Shown in pieces: positions 41,450 through 52,813 of a stretch of 64,000 nt of DNA. The stretch lies in the NCBI GenBank assembly GCA_008690995.1, contig VRMN01000004.1, positions 62,001 to 126,000 of the forward strand, in the 5' to 3' direction. The translations under genes were made by a program, and so were the position numbers. Source of the DNA: Porphyridium purpureum (taxonomy: Eukaryota). The notes under the pieces were generated by a model. That model saw only the letters and a program-made list of their open reading frames with translations. It did no database searches and was not told the DNA's origin. The stretch's first letter is position 1. Each line of letters opens with the position of its first letter.

Positions 41450-43354
41450 TCATGTACTTGACGTGAGGTCAATCAGTGATGCGTGGTGACACAGCGCCGC
41501 AAGCACCTCTTGAATGTGTGCCTTATGGTTGGTGAGGATGTCCATGCTCTCAAACAGATTGTCGCTGATCTGCTGCGTTTCCAGCTGCAATTGCTGCTTG
41601 ATGCTCTTGTATTCAGCAGTCTGCTCAGCCAGCGCTGTCGCGCTTTCGTGCAAAACACGTTCGCCTTCGGCCTTCAACTCGCGGATGGTCTCGTCCAGTG
41701 CCACGGCCTCCTGCTTACGCTCGGCAAGCTGTGCATTGAGCGCGTCGCGCTCGCTACGATACGTCGCCTCAAGTTTTGCGTGCCGCTGCTTCATGAGGTC
41801 CTGCTCGTCGCGCTTGAGCACGAGCAGCTCGTCCAGTTCGTCAATTTTCTCGCGAAGCTGAAGCATCTCGTCTAGGCAGCGTGCAATGTGTTGATCAAAG
41901 CTCCCCTTCAGTTGGGTGACGGCCGGCAGCACGGTCTCAGCAATTCGTAACGACAGCAGCTTGTCCGGGCTGCACACACCCGCGTCGCGGCTGAGTGTTA
42001 CGCGAAGCTGCATACCGCGCGCATTCCGTGCCGTTGACGGCACCAGCTGCAGTCTTTCGGCTGCGCCGTGATACTCGTGGAGCATGTCTTCGACACACTG
42101 AACACGCTGCGTCACTTGAGTCTCGACTGCGGCGTGTGCGCGCTCCGCGGCGTCGCGTTGCTCGGCCACCTTGTGCAGCCGGCTTTTAAGCGCCGCCCGG
42201 TCGCTCGCAATACGTGACACATCGATGGCCTGGCTGTCTTGGACACTGATGCGCGTCTTGAGCTCCAGCTTGTCGTCTATTGTGACTCTGAGCTCGTCTT
42301 GCTTTGTCGCGAGGTCGTGTCGCTTCTCATCCCGCCGCTCCATCAGCATCAGCTTGTGCGCGTCGAGCTTTTGTATCAATTGTGAAAACTTATCCACATC
42401 AGCCTCGTAGTCGTCGCGCTTGCGACGCAGCGCTATCACAGGGGACTCTTCCTGCTCCAATGCTTCAATCTGTTTTCTCAGCTCGTCGTTCTCGAGTTCC
42501 AGCGCGTCGCTGCGCTTGACGCTGTCGGCGTCTCGCTGCGTAAAGATTGCCTCGAGCTCTTGCTCCAGCTCGGGGAAGTCGTCATCGCCCGCCAGAAAGG
42601 CATCATACGTGCGACTGGCGTACGTAAAAAAGAGGTCCTTTCCGAACGCATCATCGGTCTCGAGCTCCTTGGCATTCTCTTTAGCTGCTCGCGCGGCATC
42701 GTCATAGTTGAGCAGGTCTAGCATCCAAGACAGGACTGCCAGCAGGGCTGGCCATGTATGCGGGCTACCCACGGCGTGCAATGCGCTCTTGCTCACATTG
42801 AAAGGGTAGCGCAGTGTCTTGAGCAGCGCCGGCACCTCATCTTCAAAGCGCTTCTCGAATTGGAACGCCGGATCGACTTGCCGCAGCAGAAAGGTCAGAA
42901 TGTGCTGAAAGTCCTTGCTCGTTGGTGTCGATAGCAATTTAGGGGAAATTGCCTGGTCGAACCCGTGCTCGGTGAGGAAATAGATCAAGTTGCGGATGCA
43001 GTCTTGCATATATGTCTTGTCTGTCACTGGCCGGGGGTCAGACTTGGCACCGGGCCGGTTGCCATACGTAGACACGCCCGAGCCACGACTGACGCGGTTA
43101 CCGCCGCCGCCTGCTGTACCGGCCGTCGCTGGATTACTACCACGCCGCCCAGGACCCAGCGACTCGCGTTTGCCGAGACCCATGGAAAGCCGCCCGGCCG
43201 CGCCTCCCACGGTTGACACCGCCGACATCCGCCGGTCATCCTTTGACCCGGGCTGAAGCCCGCCAATATTGCGAGGCGCAGGCCCCATAGACATCCTCGC
43301 ATTCATCCCAGACGACGACACTGGGCCCAGCGTCGTGCGGCGTCCGCCCATCAT
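41450..43354 (-). CDS. NDC80: Kinetochore protein NDC80/HEC1
   Basis: Basic N-tail, DPRPVTDK, PTSKDF, LRYPFNVSKSAL.AVGSPHTWP.LL..L.W, long coiled coil. Confidence 0.95.
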   Translation of the reverse strand: MMGGRRTTLGPVSSSGMNARMSMGPAPRNIGGLQPGSKDDRRMSAVSTVGGAAGRLSMGLGKRESLGPGRRGSNPATAGTAGGGGNRVSRGSGVSTYGNRPGAKSDPRPVTDKTYMQDCIRNLIYFLTEHGFDQAISPKLLSTPTSKDFQHILTFLLRQVDPAFQFEKRFEDEVPALLKTLRYPFNVSKSALHAVGSPHTWPALLAVLSWMLDLLNYDDAARAAKENAKELETDDAFGKDLFFTYASRTYDAFLAGDDDFPELEQELEAIFTQRDADSVKRSDALELENDELRKQIEALEQEESPVIALRRKRDDYEADVDKFSQLIQKLDAHKLMLMERRDEKRHDLATKQDELRVTIDDKLELKTRISVQDSQAIDVSRIASDRAALKSRLHKVAEQRDAAERAHAAVETQVTQRVQCVEDMLHEYHGAAERLQLVPSTARNARGMQLRVTLSRDAGVCSPDKLLSLRIAETVLPAVTQLKGSFDQHIARCLDEMLQLREKIDELDELLVLKRDEQDLMKQRHAKLEATYRSERDALNAQLAERKQEAVALDETIRELKAEGERVLHESATALAEQTAEYKSIKQQLQLETQQISDNLFESMDILTNHKAHIQEVLAALCHHASLIDLTSST

Positions 43355-44347
43355 CTTTGCCTGGCCGCCTCTCACGATAGTCGCTTCTCCACCAAAACCG
43401 CTCCGGAGTCCACGCGGCTCTCAGTCAAGCCACGTCCTTGTCTAGCACCGCCGTCTCCACGTGCGACGCTCCTACCCGTCAGGCCCCCCGCCAACCCGAT
43501 AAGAGCGGCGCGCCGCCTCGTCCTTCTCCACCTCGCCACCATCGCGCATGTCCGTTTCGCGTTTCCGCTGCGTTTTGTCTCCCTTTTTTTTTTCAAACAT
43601 TTGAAATCTGTGCGACGTTTCGCGTTCATGTTGAAACGGTCATGTTTTCTGATAGAGAGGTACAGCGTCATGTACAGTGACCGATGCTTGTGCTTTTGTT
43701 TCGTGGGACGCAGCCAGACGGCATCGACCTCGCGTATGTTGTCTGGTGTTTGTCCAGCATGAAGCCCTTCCTCGCGAGGAACAGAGTTCGTGCGTTGGAG
43801 TCCGCGTGGTCGTCCATCTGACGACGTCGGTGGATGTGGGCGCGAAATCGTGCTCGCGCTGTGTGACACGGGTGCGATGCACGGAGGCAAACGTAGGCGC
43901 TCAAGCTCGTTGGTGCCCACGCAGAACATTTCGTTCTGCCGTATTCGGGTTTCACACTTTATGCGTGCTGAAGTGCGCAGGCGGCAAGGCGTTGATCGGA
44001 GAATTGTAAGAGAATTTTGAAAAGCTGCACTCTTTTGTAAACAAGTCATGCTCTCAGGGTATTTGACCGGGAAACCGACTCGACGCTGTGCGAGCATCTT
44101 CCTCGGAGTGTTCATGTCTAGCTTTATTACGACGTCGTTACTCTACAGAAAAGCCTCATCGTGGACTGTAAAAAGGGATTCCCTGGACAGAAGAAAAAGC
44201 TCGGTGCAGCGCTCGGACAAGAATGGAAAGTCAGAGAATGTGATTCGGGAAACACGTTTTTCGATCCCGACCAACCGTGGCGATCTTCTCTTTCCCCGAG
44301 CGTTCCGCCGCCATGTGATGTCTGAAACACAGTCCCTGCGCTTCCGT

Positions 44348-45106
44348 CTACTTCTGCTTGTAAGAATCAACAATTGTCAAAAAGTCCTTCTTGAGCGAGG
44401 CTCCACCAACGAGGAATCCGTCGATGTCTGGCTTCTTGGCGAGCTCGACGCAGTTCGAGGCACTCACTGAGCCGCCGTACAGGATGCGCGTCGACTCGGC
44501 GACTTCCGTGGACACGGCCTTTGCGAGCCAGTCGCGGATCGCTGCATGGGTCTCTTGCGCCTGGTCTGGCGTGGCGACCTTGCCCGTGCCAATAGCCCAC
44601 ACGGGCTCATACGCAATGACGACGTTGGACCAGTCCGAAATGATGTCCGCCAGCGCCTTGAGCTGGCGCTCGTTGACGCTGTTGGTGAGGCCTGCCTCGC
44701 GCTCCTCCAGCAGCTCGCCAATGCAGAACATCACCTTGAGGCCCGCGTCGAGCGCGTACTTGGTCTTTGTGGCGATCGTCTCATCGGACTCCTTGATCTG
44801 CGGGAGGTGGCGGCGCTCCGAGTGCCCAAGGCACGCCCATCCAAAGCCGACATCGACGATCATATCGGCGCTGATCTCGCCGGTGAAGGCGCCGCCCTTG
44901 CCGATCCAGCAGTTCTGCACGCCCATCTGGAAGTCCTCGCGCAGCAGCTCGCGCGCGTACGTGCCGTAGATGAACGGCGGGAAGCACACGACCTCGCAGC
45001 TGGCCGCGTCCACCGCGTCGCCCTGCAGGTCATTGCACAGCGCCGCGATCGACGCCTTTGTGCCGTTGCACTTCCAGTTCCCACCCACGCAAAACACCCT
45101 ACCCAT
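44348..45106 (-). CDS. TPI1: Triosephosphate isomerase (cytosolic)
   Basis: GGNWKCNG, GAFTGE, LGHSERR, AYEPVWAIGTG, YGGSV, GFLVGGASL. Confidence 0.98.
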   Translation of the reverse strand: MGRVFCVGGNWKCNGTKASIAALCNDLQGDAVDAASCEVVCFPPFIYGTYARELLREDFQMGVQNCWIGKGGAFTGEISADMIVDVGFGWACLGHSERRHLPQIKESDETIATKTKYALDAGLKVMFCIGELLEEREAGLTNSVNERQLKALADIISDWSNVVIAYEPVWAIGTGKVATPDQAQETHAAIRDWLAKAVSTEVAESTRILYGGSVSASNCVELAKKPDIDGFLVGGASLKKDFLTIVDSYKQK

Positions 45107-45472
45107 ATTTCCACTCCTCGCCACCCAGATCCACGCCCCCGGCAAACCCACGAAGCTACCTGTCTCTATCTCCCACCGCACCCACTACCACCACCACCAC
45201 CTGCAGCTCTTGCGCGATCCCCAAACCTACGTCCGTCTCCCCTCCTTCCTCACCGCGCCGCCTGCCCACACCACACGTCCACTTCCACCTGTAAATCACG
45301 CGCCGTTCGTTCCCACCGAACCAAACAAGATTCCACACTGTACACGACCGCGGCAATGCTGTACTTTACTAACCCATTTATTAATTTAATAAACTCGCGG
45401 CGTTTAACAGTAGTGTACCTTTTTACTGTACCGCCAACTCCGAAAGCGATGGCGCGGTTGAGAGGGAGCTTG

Positions 45473-45498
45473 AGAGAGAGAAAGAGAGAGAGAGAGAG
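45473..45498. repeat. (GA)n purine tract
   Basis: Interrupted GA dinucleotide run upstream of the U1-70K gene. Confidence 0.8.
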
Positions 45499-45540
45499 CT
45501 TGAGCTTGTACGAGCCAGTGCGGGGTGTGGATGCGTGAGG

Positions 45541-46428
45541 ATGGGTATTCATGCAGGCAATCGGACGCGGCCGGCGTATTCGGGCCAGCCGCGGTTCGAA
45601 ATGCCGCGCGTCATTAAGAAAATGTTCGCGCCGCGACCGCCCGTGCCGTTCAAGCCGCCTGTGCGCAAACGCAAGCTCGGCCAAATGAGTGGCCTGTGCG
45701 CCTTCCTACCGGCGTGCGCAGACACGGCTGTCGGCCAGGGTGGCGCAGCTGCGCAAGGACAGGCCGAGCAAGCATCTGCGGAAAAGAACTTCAAGACGCC
45801 AATTCAAGTCCGCGTCGAGAAACAGGCGGCAAGACAGAGCCGCATGGAGACGATCAAGCTGCGGCTCGCTGCGAATGAGAAAAACAAGGACAGGGACCAG
45901 TGGACTTCCTCGGCTGCCTGCACCGTCTTCGTTGCCAACCTATCCATCGAGCTGACTGAAGCGCAGCTGCGCTGGGAAATGGAGTCGGTGGGGCCTGTTC
46001 GCGCGCTCGTTCGACCCACCAAACCACTCAATATACCCCTGCTCCAGCCGCCCGCCTCAGCGCAGGACCAGCGAGTGCCAGTCTCATATGCATTTGTTGA
46101 ATTTGAGCGGGAGGAGGACGCCCGCGAGGCGTGCCGTCGATTGCAAGGGCGCAAACTGGATGGCAAGCGCATGATTACCGACATGGAGAGGGGCAGGACG
46201 GTGCCCAGCTGGATTCCACCGCGTCTTCGACTCCAACCCCGCCATCCTGGCCCACAGCCGGTCTTTCGACCACCAGCACATCGAACAGGCCGAGATCTCG
46301 GGAGCCGGCTGGGAAAGCGGCGCGCGTCTGAAGTGGAGAAGCGCAGCGATTTTTCTGCAATCGCGCACCGAGAGCATGACCGCGAACAGAGAGCACATTC
46401 TTTCACCAAACGACGCCGTGACTTTTAA
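45541..46428 (+). CDS. SNRNP70: U1 snRNP 70 kDa protein-like (divergent)
   Basis: MFAPRPPVPFKPP N-terminal motif; RRM (TVFVANL, YAFVEFE); DMERGRTVPSWIPPRL. Confidence 0.82.
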   Translation: MGIHAGNRTRPAYSGQPRFEMPRVIKKMFAPRPPVPFKPPVRKRKLGQMSGLCAFLPACADTAVGQGGAAAQGQAEQASAEKNFKTPIQVRVEKQAARQSRMETIKLRLAANEKNKDRDQWTSSAACTVFVANLSIELTEAQLRWEMESVGPVRALVRPTKPLNIPLLQPPASAQDQRVPVSYAFVEFEREEDAREACRRLQGRKLDGKRMITDMERGRTVPSWIPPRLRLQPRHPGPQPVFRPPAHRTGRDLGSRLGKRRASEVEKRSDFSAIAHREHDREQRAHSFTKRRRDF

Positions 46429-46612
46429 TGGCATGTCCCTTTCGGAGTAGACGAGCTGCTGGAGCGATAGAAGGCCTCGAGCGTGACGATACAGCCAGGA
46501 GCAGCACAGACCGGGTTTACAAATGGAGGTCGTGGCTGGGCTTCATCATCCTTGCTCTTCGTGCTGTGGACGATGTATTCCTTACGTCGTCAAGATATTT
46601 TCACACACCAGC

Positions 46613-49600
46613 TCACGCGTGCGGAAAGACGTACGCATCAGTCCACGTCGACGTGATCAAGTTCTCGTTCATCAGCCGGATATCGTCAGGTGCGGCGGCG
46701 CGCAGCAGCATACCCGAACGGCCTGGAACATGCACCTGGATCATAACGGGTGCGCGGACAGCGCGCTCGCACGACGCAAACTCGTCGTCAACCATGCACA
46801 CCCACGCCTGCTGGTGCGCTGCACCAGGAAGCCCAAAGTCCGTGCCCATAGGCGTCGGATTCAGCAGCACAACCACCTGGCTCCACTGCTGCTCGATACG
46901 CCGTCTTTCTTCAGAAGACAAGGAGTCTATTCTGTAGCCATGCGCATACTCGCCTTCTTTGTACCCTTGCATGTGGTAGGCAATGCACCGCTCCGGCACA
47001 ATCAGGTCAAGGTCTTCAAAGAACGTGATGCGCTCTCGCACCTCGGCGGCGTTAGTCATGCTAAAGAGCTGTGGGTGCGTACGTCGGAGCCGTATGAGAT
47101 GCTGGTGATACCTGACGCACATGAGTCGCTCGCGCTTCCATGCCCAACGCACCATGTTAATGTCGTCCGGCGAGCAGTACGAATTTTCGACGCCCTGCTT
47201 GGTGCGCATCATCTCCTGTCCAGCGTGGATAAATGGAACGCCCTGCGACGTGAGGACAATGAGTGCCCCGAGCCGCGCCATGCGCTCATAGTCGGCGTCC
47301 GTGTACGTAATATCGTCCTGTCGATTGGCCACGTAGTGCTGGAATTGGTCGTACAACGTGCGATTGTCATGGCACTCGATGTAATTAATGCTCTCCAGGG
47401 GTGAGTCTGCAAACACGTCGATCGAGCCCAAAATGCCGCGTTTGACTTCATCAATGCGTCCACCGTCCATGAGAAAAGTCTCGTCCACACTCCACGTTGA
47501 CCCACGCAACGCATCACGGAACGTGTCATTGAATACCGAGAAGCCCCGACCTCGTTGGGTGCCCTTTTCTGTGGGCGCAATGGGTGTCATACCTCCCGTC
47601 CACGGTTCACCATACAGCATAATGTTCGGATCGATTTTCTGCATCTCGCGCGCGAGCATTGCAACCGTTTCAGTGTCCACAAGTGCCAGCAGGTCAAACC
47701 GGAAGCCGTCTACCTTATACTCGGAGACCCAGTACCTGAGCGAATCGAGCAAGAACTTGCGTCCCATGGGCGCTTCCGAGCGGAACTCATTCCCGCAACC
47801 CGACCCGTTCGAAAAGCACGTCCCGCAGCGCTTCTCGTGCTTGCCGCGGTTCGCGCACGTATTGTGGTCGCCCACACTCAGCGGCGTGTTCCCGCAATTC
47901 CGGTAGTAGTAGCGTGGCGCGAGGCCGTTGAACGAAAAGCGTGCCTCGAGGTTGAACTCGTTGGCGTCTTCGGCAGTATGGTTGTACACGACATCCATGA
48001 TCACCTTCAACCCAACATCATGCAGCGCCGAAACGAGTTGCTTGAACTCACTCACACGGGCAGCTGAAGTCGTATCCGTGGCATACCATCCATCCGGCGA
48101 ATTAAAGTGCACCGGCATGTAGCCCCACCAGTACTGATTGCCATCCGTACTGCTCTCGTCATTATCAAAGTCCTGCACGGGCAGAATCTGCACCGCAGTC
48201 ACTCCCATCTCAATAATATGATCCAAAGCGGTACTCAGCGGCGTGATTTCAACGTCATCAATAATGTCAGGCAACGGCAAATGATCAAGCTGTTCGCCTT
48301 GGCTCACGCCATTTTCTGCCTTTTGCGCCCTTTTGCTGGGGGATGCACGGGCCGCAACGCTATCGGCTACGCCTAATTTGCGTGCCTGCTCAGTCACCGT
48401 GCCCACTTTGGTCTCGCAGTTCTGTCCTGCAGATGGCTCTTGCTCTCCCTCCTGCAGCATGGATCCGCGCTCGGTGAGGCCGAGAAACTTGCCGCGCATG
48501 AGAATACCAGACTGTTGATCTATGGTCATGTCGCGCACGTGAATTTCGTAAATGATGGCGTTCTGTGGCGGCACGTTCGGGCGGTCCGTCACTGGCGTGG
48601 TGTCCCTTCCAAAGATCAGTCCACGGCCCGTGTGCGAAGTGTTACAGCGCGAATACGGGTCAATCACTTCGACGCCGGGGAATCTGCGCGTATCGTCTGG
48701 CGTGCTGAGCGCAAGCAGCTTATAGTAGCGTCCCTTCAGGTCACCCTGTATGCGCGCCTTCCACACACCTCCCATGATACGGCGCATGCTTACAAGTTCG
48801 CGGCCTTGCTGGCCCGATGGGGCTGAATACAGCACTACACTAAGCTCGGCCGCCGACGGCGCGAAACAGCGGAACACTGTCTCGCTCGGAGAATACTCCC
48901 AGCCCAACGTGCCATCGTAATAGTAGGCGTCCTCATTTTCGTATACCGGCCAGCGGAGCCGCGCGTCGTGCATGTTCAGAACTGACACGGAATAGAGCTC
49001 CACAGGGAAGTCTTCATCAAAGCGCACTGCACGGGGTTCAAACGTCGCGCGCATGGTCCACGCGTCGACGCTCGTCATGCTAAGCAGTACCTTGTTCAAG
49101 TCTAGCACATTTTGATGACCAGAAGAAGCTCCTTTGAACACTGCCTTCACGTTTGCCGGGTCCTGCTCTGGTGCAAACCATGACGCTGGTAGACTCGTGC
49201 TGATTTCAACAATGTTGTCGTCAATCACCGACGCTGTCATGTCGCCCACGGCATCGAAAAGTTCAGCCACAAGCTCTGGGAAGCCCTCGAGCAGCATGCG
49301 GTCGCGCGGGTGACGAGTGCAATCCCATGTGACGGTGTGTGCTCCCCTGTCGGTCCACGCGGCACCGCCGTGCCGCGGCAGCAGCTTGATGCGATTGCCG
49401 CAACCTAAGCAAGCGCGCGGGATCGAAAAGACCACAAAGCTGAGTCCGTCGATATTTACCACATCCATGTGCGGCTGGCCAAAGCCAAAGCCGTCAGAAC
49501 TCGAGCTTGGCTCTTTATCCGCCGGGTCTGGGAGCAAAGCTGCGACCGTTTCGTCCTCTGCGTCCCACACCCACAAATCCCATTGGCGCGCGTGCGCGCG

Positions 49601-52024
49601 CGTGCTCACGCCATGCCTCAGATACATGATGCCAACGTTTGGCGTGGCAAGTGCGTCGCGCGCGGCTTCAAGCGAGTGGGTCACATCACGAGCGCCCTGA
49701 ACGGCGTGTGAGATGTCCGGGCCGTGTGTCCGCTCCGGCCACAGCTTAACGCAGTCTGCCACAAGCGGCGTACCAGTGTCAAGATCCAACAAGACGGGTT
49801 GCACGTAGATTGCACGGCCCTGAGGAAAGTGTGCCACAGAAGTGTCGAACAAGTAGCGCCCATCCTTGTACACAGCGCGAGCCTGGATGGTCCACACTTT
49901 GTCCTGCGCGAGGTCTGTCGGCAGCGCTGCGCCAGAGGCCGCCGCCGCATGCGCATGCTCTGACGTCTTGGCGTCCCCAACCGTATTTGAGGACGTGCCT
50001 CCTTCAATGGCAAGCGCGACCGAACCGTCCTTGGCAAGAGCGCGCGGTGCCGACTTGGACCTGACACCGCCGTCCCTTTTATCCTTCTGCTTATGCCTGC
50101 AGTCGACATACGTCCACATACGCAGGCACCATTCTGCACGCGGATGTTTGGCGGCAATGCCAGGGGGCACACCAGCAGTTGCGGCCGCCAGTTCCCTCTG
50201 TCGCTCCTCCAGCGCAGGCTGCTCTCCCGAGCTACTCATGCGGTGATAGCACAGCATCATTTCAGCGTGCTTGCGTGGAATGAGCTCGTGCTCGCCTTCA
50301 GAGAGGAAGCAGTCGAATGACATTGAAGGCACCCACGAATAATCGACAGTGCCGGTCTTCTGCGTTCCTTGCACAGCACTTAATCCGAGCCCAATCGAAA
50401 AGATGGACGTGGCCGCCTCGCCACCAAACGAAGAAAGGTCAAACGAGTACACCGCCGCGCCATTGTAGGTCTCTGCAAACTGGTGCGCATACACACGGTG
50501 CGCAGGGTCTGTCAGCGGCCACGCAACAATGTGCCAATTTGCATACAGTGCGTCGTAGCGGCGGTACCGCACAATCAGCTTGCCTTTGAACAAATTGTCC
50601 TGCGCGGCGGCAGTGGTGTCAATTGTAGACATGGAAAGCGTCTTATGCATTCTGCCGCCCGGTCTGAGCGCCGCGCTGTTTGCCGACTTGAACCGCCCAA
50701 GCAGCCCTGGCTTGCGCTTGTGCGCCAATGCCGCTGCCACAGACTCTTTCGTGCTACTGCTTAAGCTATCCTTGGCCATGAATGCATTGGTGCTCTGGTC
50801 CACAACGACCGAAAACCCCAGCGCAGCATGCCACCAAACCGGCTCACTAGCCTCTGCGCCAATGGGGTCCGCGGCGTGTGCGTAAATAGACGCGATCTGT
50901 ATGCCAAATTTGTCGGCGTGGATATCGGCGCGATCCGCGAGGAATGATACAACTCGCTCTTCATTCGCGTGCGAGGGCTGGCCTGCGCTAGACACTGCCA
51001 CGGGTGCTGCGCTTTTAACGCCGCCACCTACCTCCTCACCACTCGCGATGTGCTGATTGAGCTGTGCGCCTGCAAATACATCATGCTCGTGCAAATTTTC
51101 GGACGCTATTCTGAGGAAAACAGGCACTGCGCACGGTGTAAGACTGTCCCCCTCACCTGTCGTGGCCTGACTTTTATCATCATCCGACAGACGCACGAGC
51201 ACTTGCACGTAGCGCTGCTGCTTGTCGGGCATCATAAACCCTTCCCATGTCGGAAAGACGTGCGGGTCGTCCTGCAACAGGTACAAGTGCAAGCCTTCAA
51301 GATGCGTGCCGAGCTCCTTCTTCTCATTGTACATGTCAAGCAGCGTCTGCACGGGGATGCGGCGCTCTTGGCTATCCTGTGCGAACCACGCGCCCCAGCG
51401 CGGCAGCAAGCCGATCCAGTCGGTGACGCCCAGCTTGGGAAAGAGCGCCGAGCCCGGCCCGATTTCAAAGCGGAACAGCTGTCCAAACTGGTCAATGCGC
51501 GGGTGCTGCGCGTCCTTCTTGCTGGGCAGCGGGTAGATCTCCGAGGCGCCTACATGCGTGGTCTCAAACTCTACGTCGCCCGGGTCTTCCGGCCGATCCT
51601 GCGCGCTCTCCACGAACGTGCCGAACGACGCGTCCCAGTGAGGCTTGGGCGAAGACAACGGCGGCCTCGCGATTGATGCACCGGCGGCGTCTGTGGCGCC
51701 GACTTGGCTGCTACTGCTGGTGGTGGCGGTGGTGGTGCTACGACTACCTTGCGCATTCGCGCTGAGCTCCGCGGCCTGTTGGGCGCGCGCAAGCGCCTCT
51801 GCCTGCTCGGCTTGCCTGCGGCGCTGGCGCTCGAGCCTGTCCTGCTCCTTCTGAGCCCGGATCATCTCAATGCGCTGCGAGGCGTCCTGCCAGACCCACA
51901 GCTCCCATCCATCATAGTCGCGCCGGCGGCGGCGATAATGCACCGTGACCGCAATCGTCTCTTCCAGCAGCGCGGCAGCATCCTGCCGTGCTGCACCCAC
52001 TCCCGCCACCCCGCGCGACCCCAT
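46613..52024 (-). CDS. Large type I pullulanase (GH13) with long N-terminal array of CBM41-like modules (~1800 aa)
   Basis: VIDPYSR, IIYEIHVRD, WWGYMP, DVVYNHT, DGFRFDL, YGEPW, NYIECHDN; N-terminal HYRR..YDGWELWVW-type motifs; start uncertain. Confidence 0.92.
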   Translation of the reverse strand: MGSRGVAGVGAARQDAAALLEETIAVTVHYRRRRRDYDGWELWVWQDASQRIEMIRAQKEQDRLERQRRRQAEQAEALARAQQAAELSANAQGSRSTTTATTSSSSQVGATDAAGASIARPPLSSPKPHWDASFGTFVESAQDRPEDPGDVEFETTHVGASEIYPLPSKKDAQHPRIDQFGQLFRFEIGPGSALFPKLGVTDWIGLLPRWGAWFAQDSQERRIPVQTLLDMYNEKKELGTHLEGLHLYLLQDDPHVFPTWEGFMMPDKQQRYVQVLVRLSDDDKSQATTGEGDSLTPCAVPVFLRIASENLHEHDVFAGAQLNQHIASGEEVGGGVKSAAPVAVSSAGQPSHANEERVVSFLADRADIHADKFGIQIASIYAHAADPIGAEASEPVWWHAALGFSVVVDQSTNAFMAKDSLSSSTKESVAAALAHKRKPGLLGRFKSANSAALRPGGRMHKTLSMSTIDTTAAAQDNLFKGKLIVRYRRYDALYANWHIVAWPLTDPAHRVYAHQFAETYNGAAVYSFDLSSFGGEAATSIFSIGLGLSAVQGTQKTGTVDYSWVPSMSFDCFLSEGEHELIPRKHAEMMLCYHRMSSSGEQPALEERQRELAAATAGVPPGIAAKHPRAEWCLRMWTYVDCRHKQKDKRDGGVRSKSAPRALAKDGSVALAIEGGTSSNTVGDAKTSEHAHAAAASGAALPTDLAQDKVWTIQARAVYKDGRYLFDTSVAHFPQGRAIYVQPVLLDLDTGTPLVADCVKLWPERTHGPDISHAVQGARDVTHSLEAARDALATPNVGIMYLRHGVSTRAHARQWDLWVWDAEDETVAALLPDPADKEPSSSSDGFGFGQPHMDVVNIDGLSFVVFSIPRACLGCGNRIKLLPRHGGAAWTDRGAHTVTWDCTRHPRDRMLLEGFPELVAELFDAVGDMTASVIDDNIVEISTSLPASWFAPEQDPANVKAVFKGASSGHQNVLDLNKVLLSMTSVDAWTMRATFEPRAVRFDEDFPVELYSVSVLNMHDARLRWPVYENEDAYYYDGTLGWEYSPSETVFRCFAPSAAELSVVLYSAPSGQQGRELVSMRRIMGGVWKARIQGDLKGRYYKLLALSTPDDTRRFPGVEVIDPYSRCNTSHTGRGLIFGRDTTPVTDRPNVPPQNAIIYEIHVRDMTIDQQSGILMRGKFLGLTERGSMLQEGEQEPSAGQNCETKVGTVTEQARKLGVADSVAARASPSKRAQKAENGVSQGEQLDHLPLPDIIDDVEITPLSTALDHIIEMGVTAVQILPVQDFDNDESSTDGNQYWWGYMPVHFNSPDGWYATDTTSAARVSEFKQLVSALHDVGLKVIMDVVYNHTAEDANEFNLEARFSFNGLAPRYYYRNCGNTPLSVGDHNTCANRGKHEKRCGTCFSNGSGCGNEFRSEAPMGRKFLLDSLRYWVSEYKVDGFRFDLLALVDTETVAMLAREMQKIDPNIMLYGEPWTGGMTPIAPTEKGTQRGRGFSVFNDTFRDALRGSTWSVDETFLMDGGRIDEVKRGILGSIDVFADSPLESINYIECHDNRTLYDQFQHYVANRQDDITYTDADYERMARLGALIVLTSQGVPFIHAGQEMMRTKQGVENSYCSPDDINMVRWAWKRERLMCVRYHQHLIRLRRTHPQLFSMTNAAEVRERITFFEDLDLIVPERCIAYHMQGYKEGEYAHGYRIDSLSSEERRRIEQQWSQVVVLLNPTPMGTDFGLPGAAHQQAWVCMVDDEFASCERAVRAPVMIQVHVPGRSGMLLRAAAPDDIRLMNENLITSTWTDAYVFPHA

Positions 52025-52792
52025 TCCTCGGCCACCCCGCCACAACCACCCCTCCTCCTGCCCCTTCCCAAACCCCCCCAAACTGCCCAACCCAACCCCA
52101 ATCCCCCTAATTCTTCTCGTTCGTCCTCTCCCTCTCCCTCCCTCTCCCTCTCCTCTAACCCCACACAAACCTCGTGTTCCCCTGAAACCCCATTCTCCTC
52201 CCCAAAAAGGCCTCCATCTCCCCCACCACCACCATGAGTAGTACCCACTACCAAATCGACCGATCCGGTGCGGAAAGATGTCGCAGCGGCTGATGGGTCT
52301 GTGTATGAAACATCACGATCCGCCATCATCATCTCGGTCTTCTGCTCACGGTGGCGTCGTTTTACCTCCGTTGGCAGTGTGTCTCTCCGTTTGTGAGTGG
52401 AAGTGATCCTCGCGTGGTTGATTTGCGTTTTGAACGGCGCGCGCGTAGTACCTGCTGCTTCCGCGCGCGGTACGTTCTTCGCGATCGCCACCGCCACCAC
52501 GTCGTCGTGGGCTCACTCCGCGCCGCATGGATCGCAGCACTCGCCCATCGTGTCTGCCTCGGAGACAAAGTCGACACAGTCGACGCAGACGCACGCGCAG
52601 ATCCAACAACAACACACGCTCGCTCTCACACCAGGCGTTGAACCAACCGCTCCGCTGCGAACGCGGAACGACGTGTCGCAGGCGTGGTGGCGGATAACGA
52701 AGGAATGAGCATTACCACGGTACAGCCGCGGTACAGCCCTGGTACAGTGGTGCGTGTGGAGGCGGCGGGTGCGGGCAGGTGGGCGAGTTGAG

Positions 52793-52813
52793 GAGAGAGA
52801 GAGAGAGAGAGAG
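52793..52813. repeat. (GA)n microsatellite
   Basis: About 10 GA units. Confidence 0.9.

Noticed and set aside
43372..44340. 247-aa ORF between TPI and NDC80
   Set aside because: No domain, crosses a T-run and GTAC promoter motifs; probably TPI 3' UTR plus NDC80 promoter.
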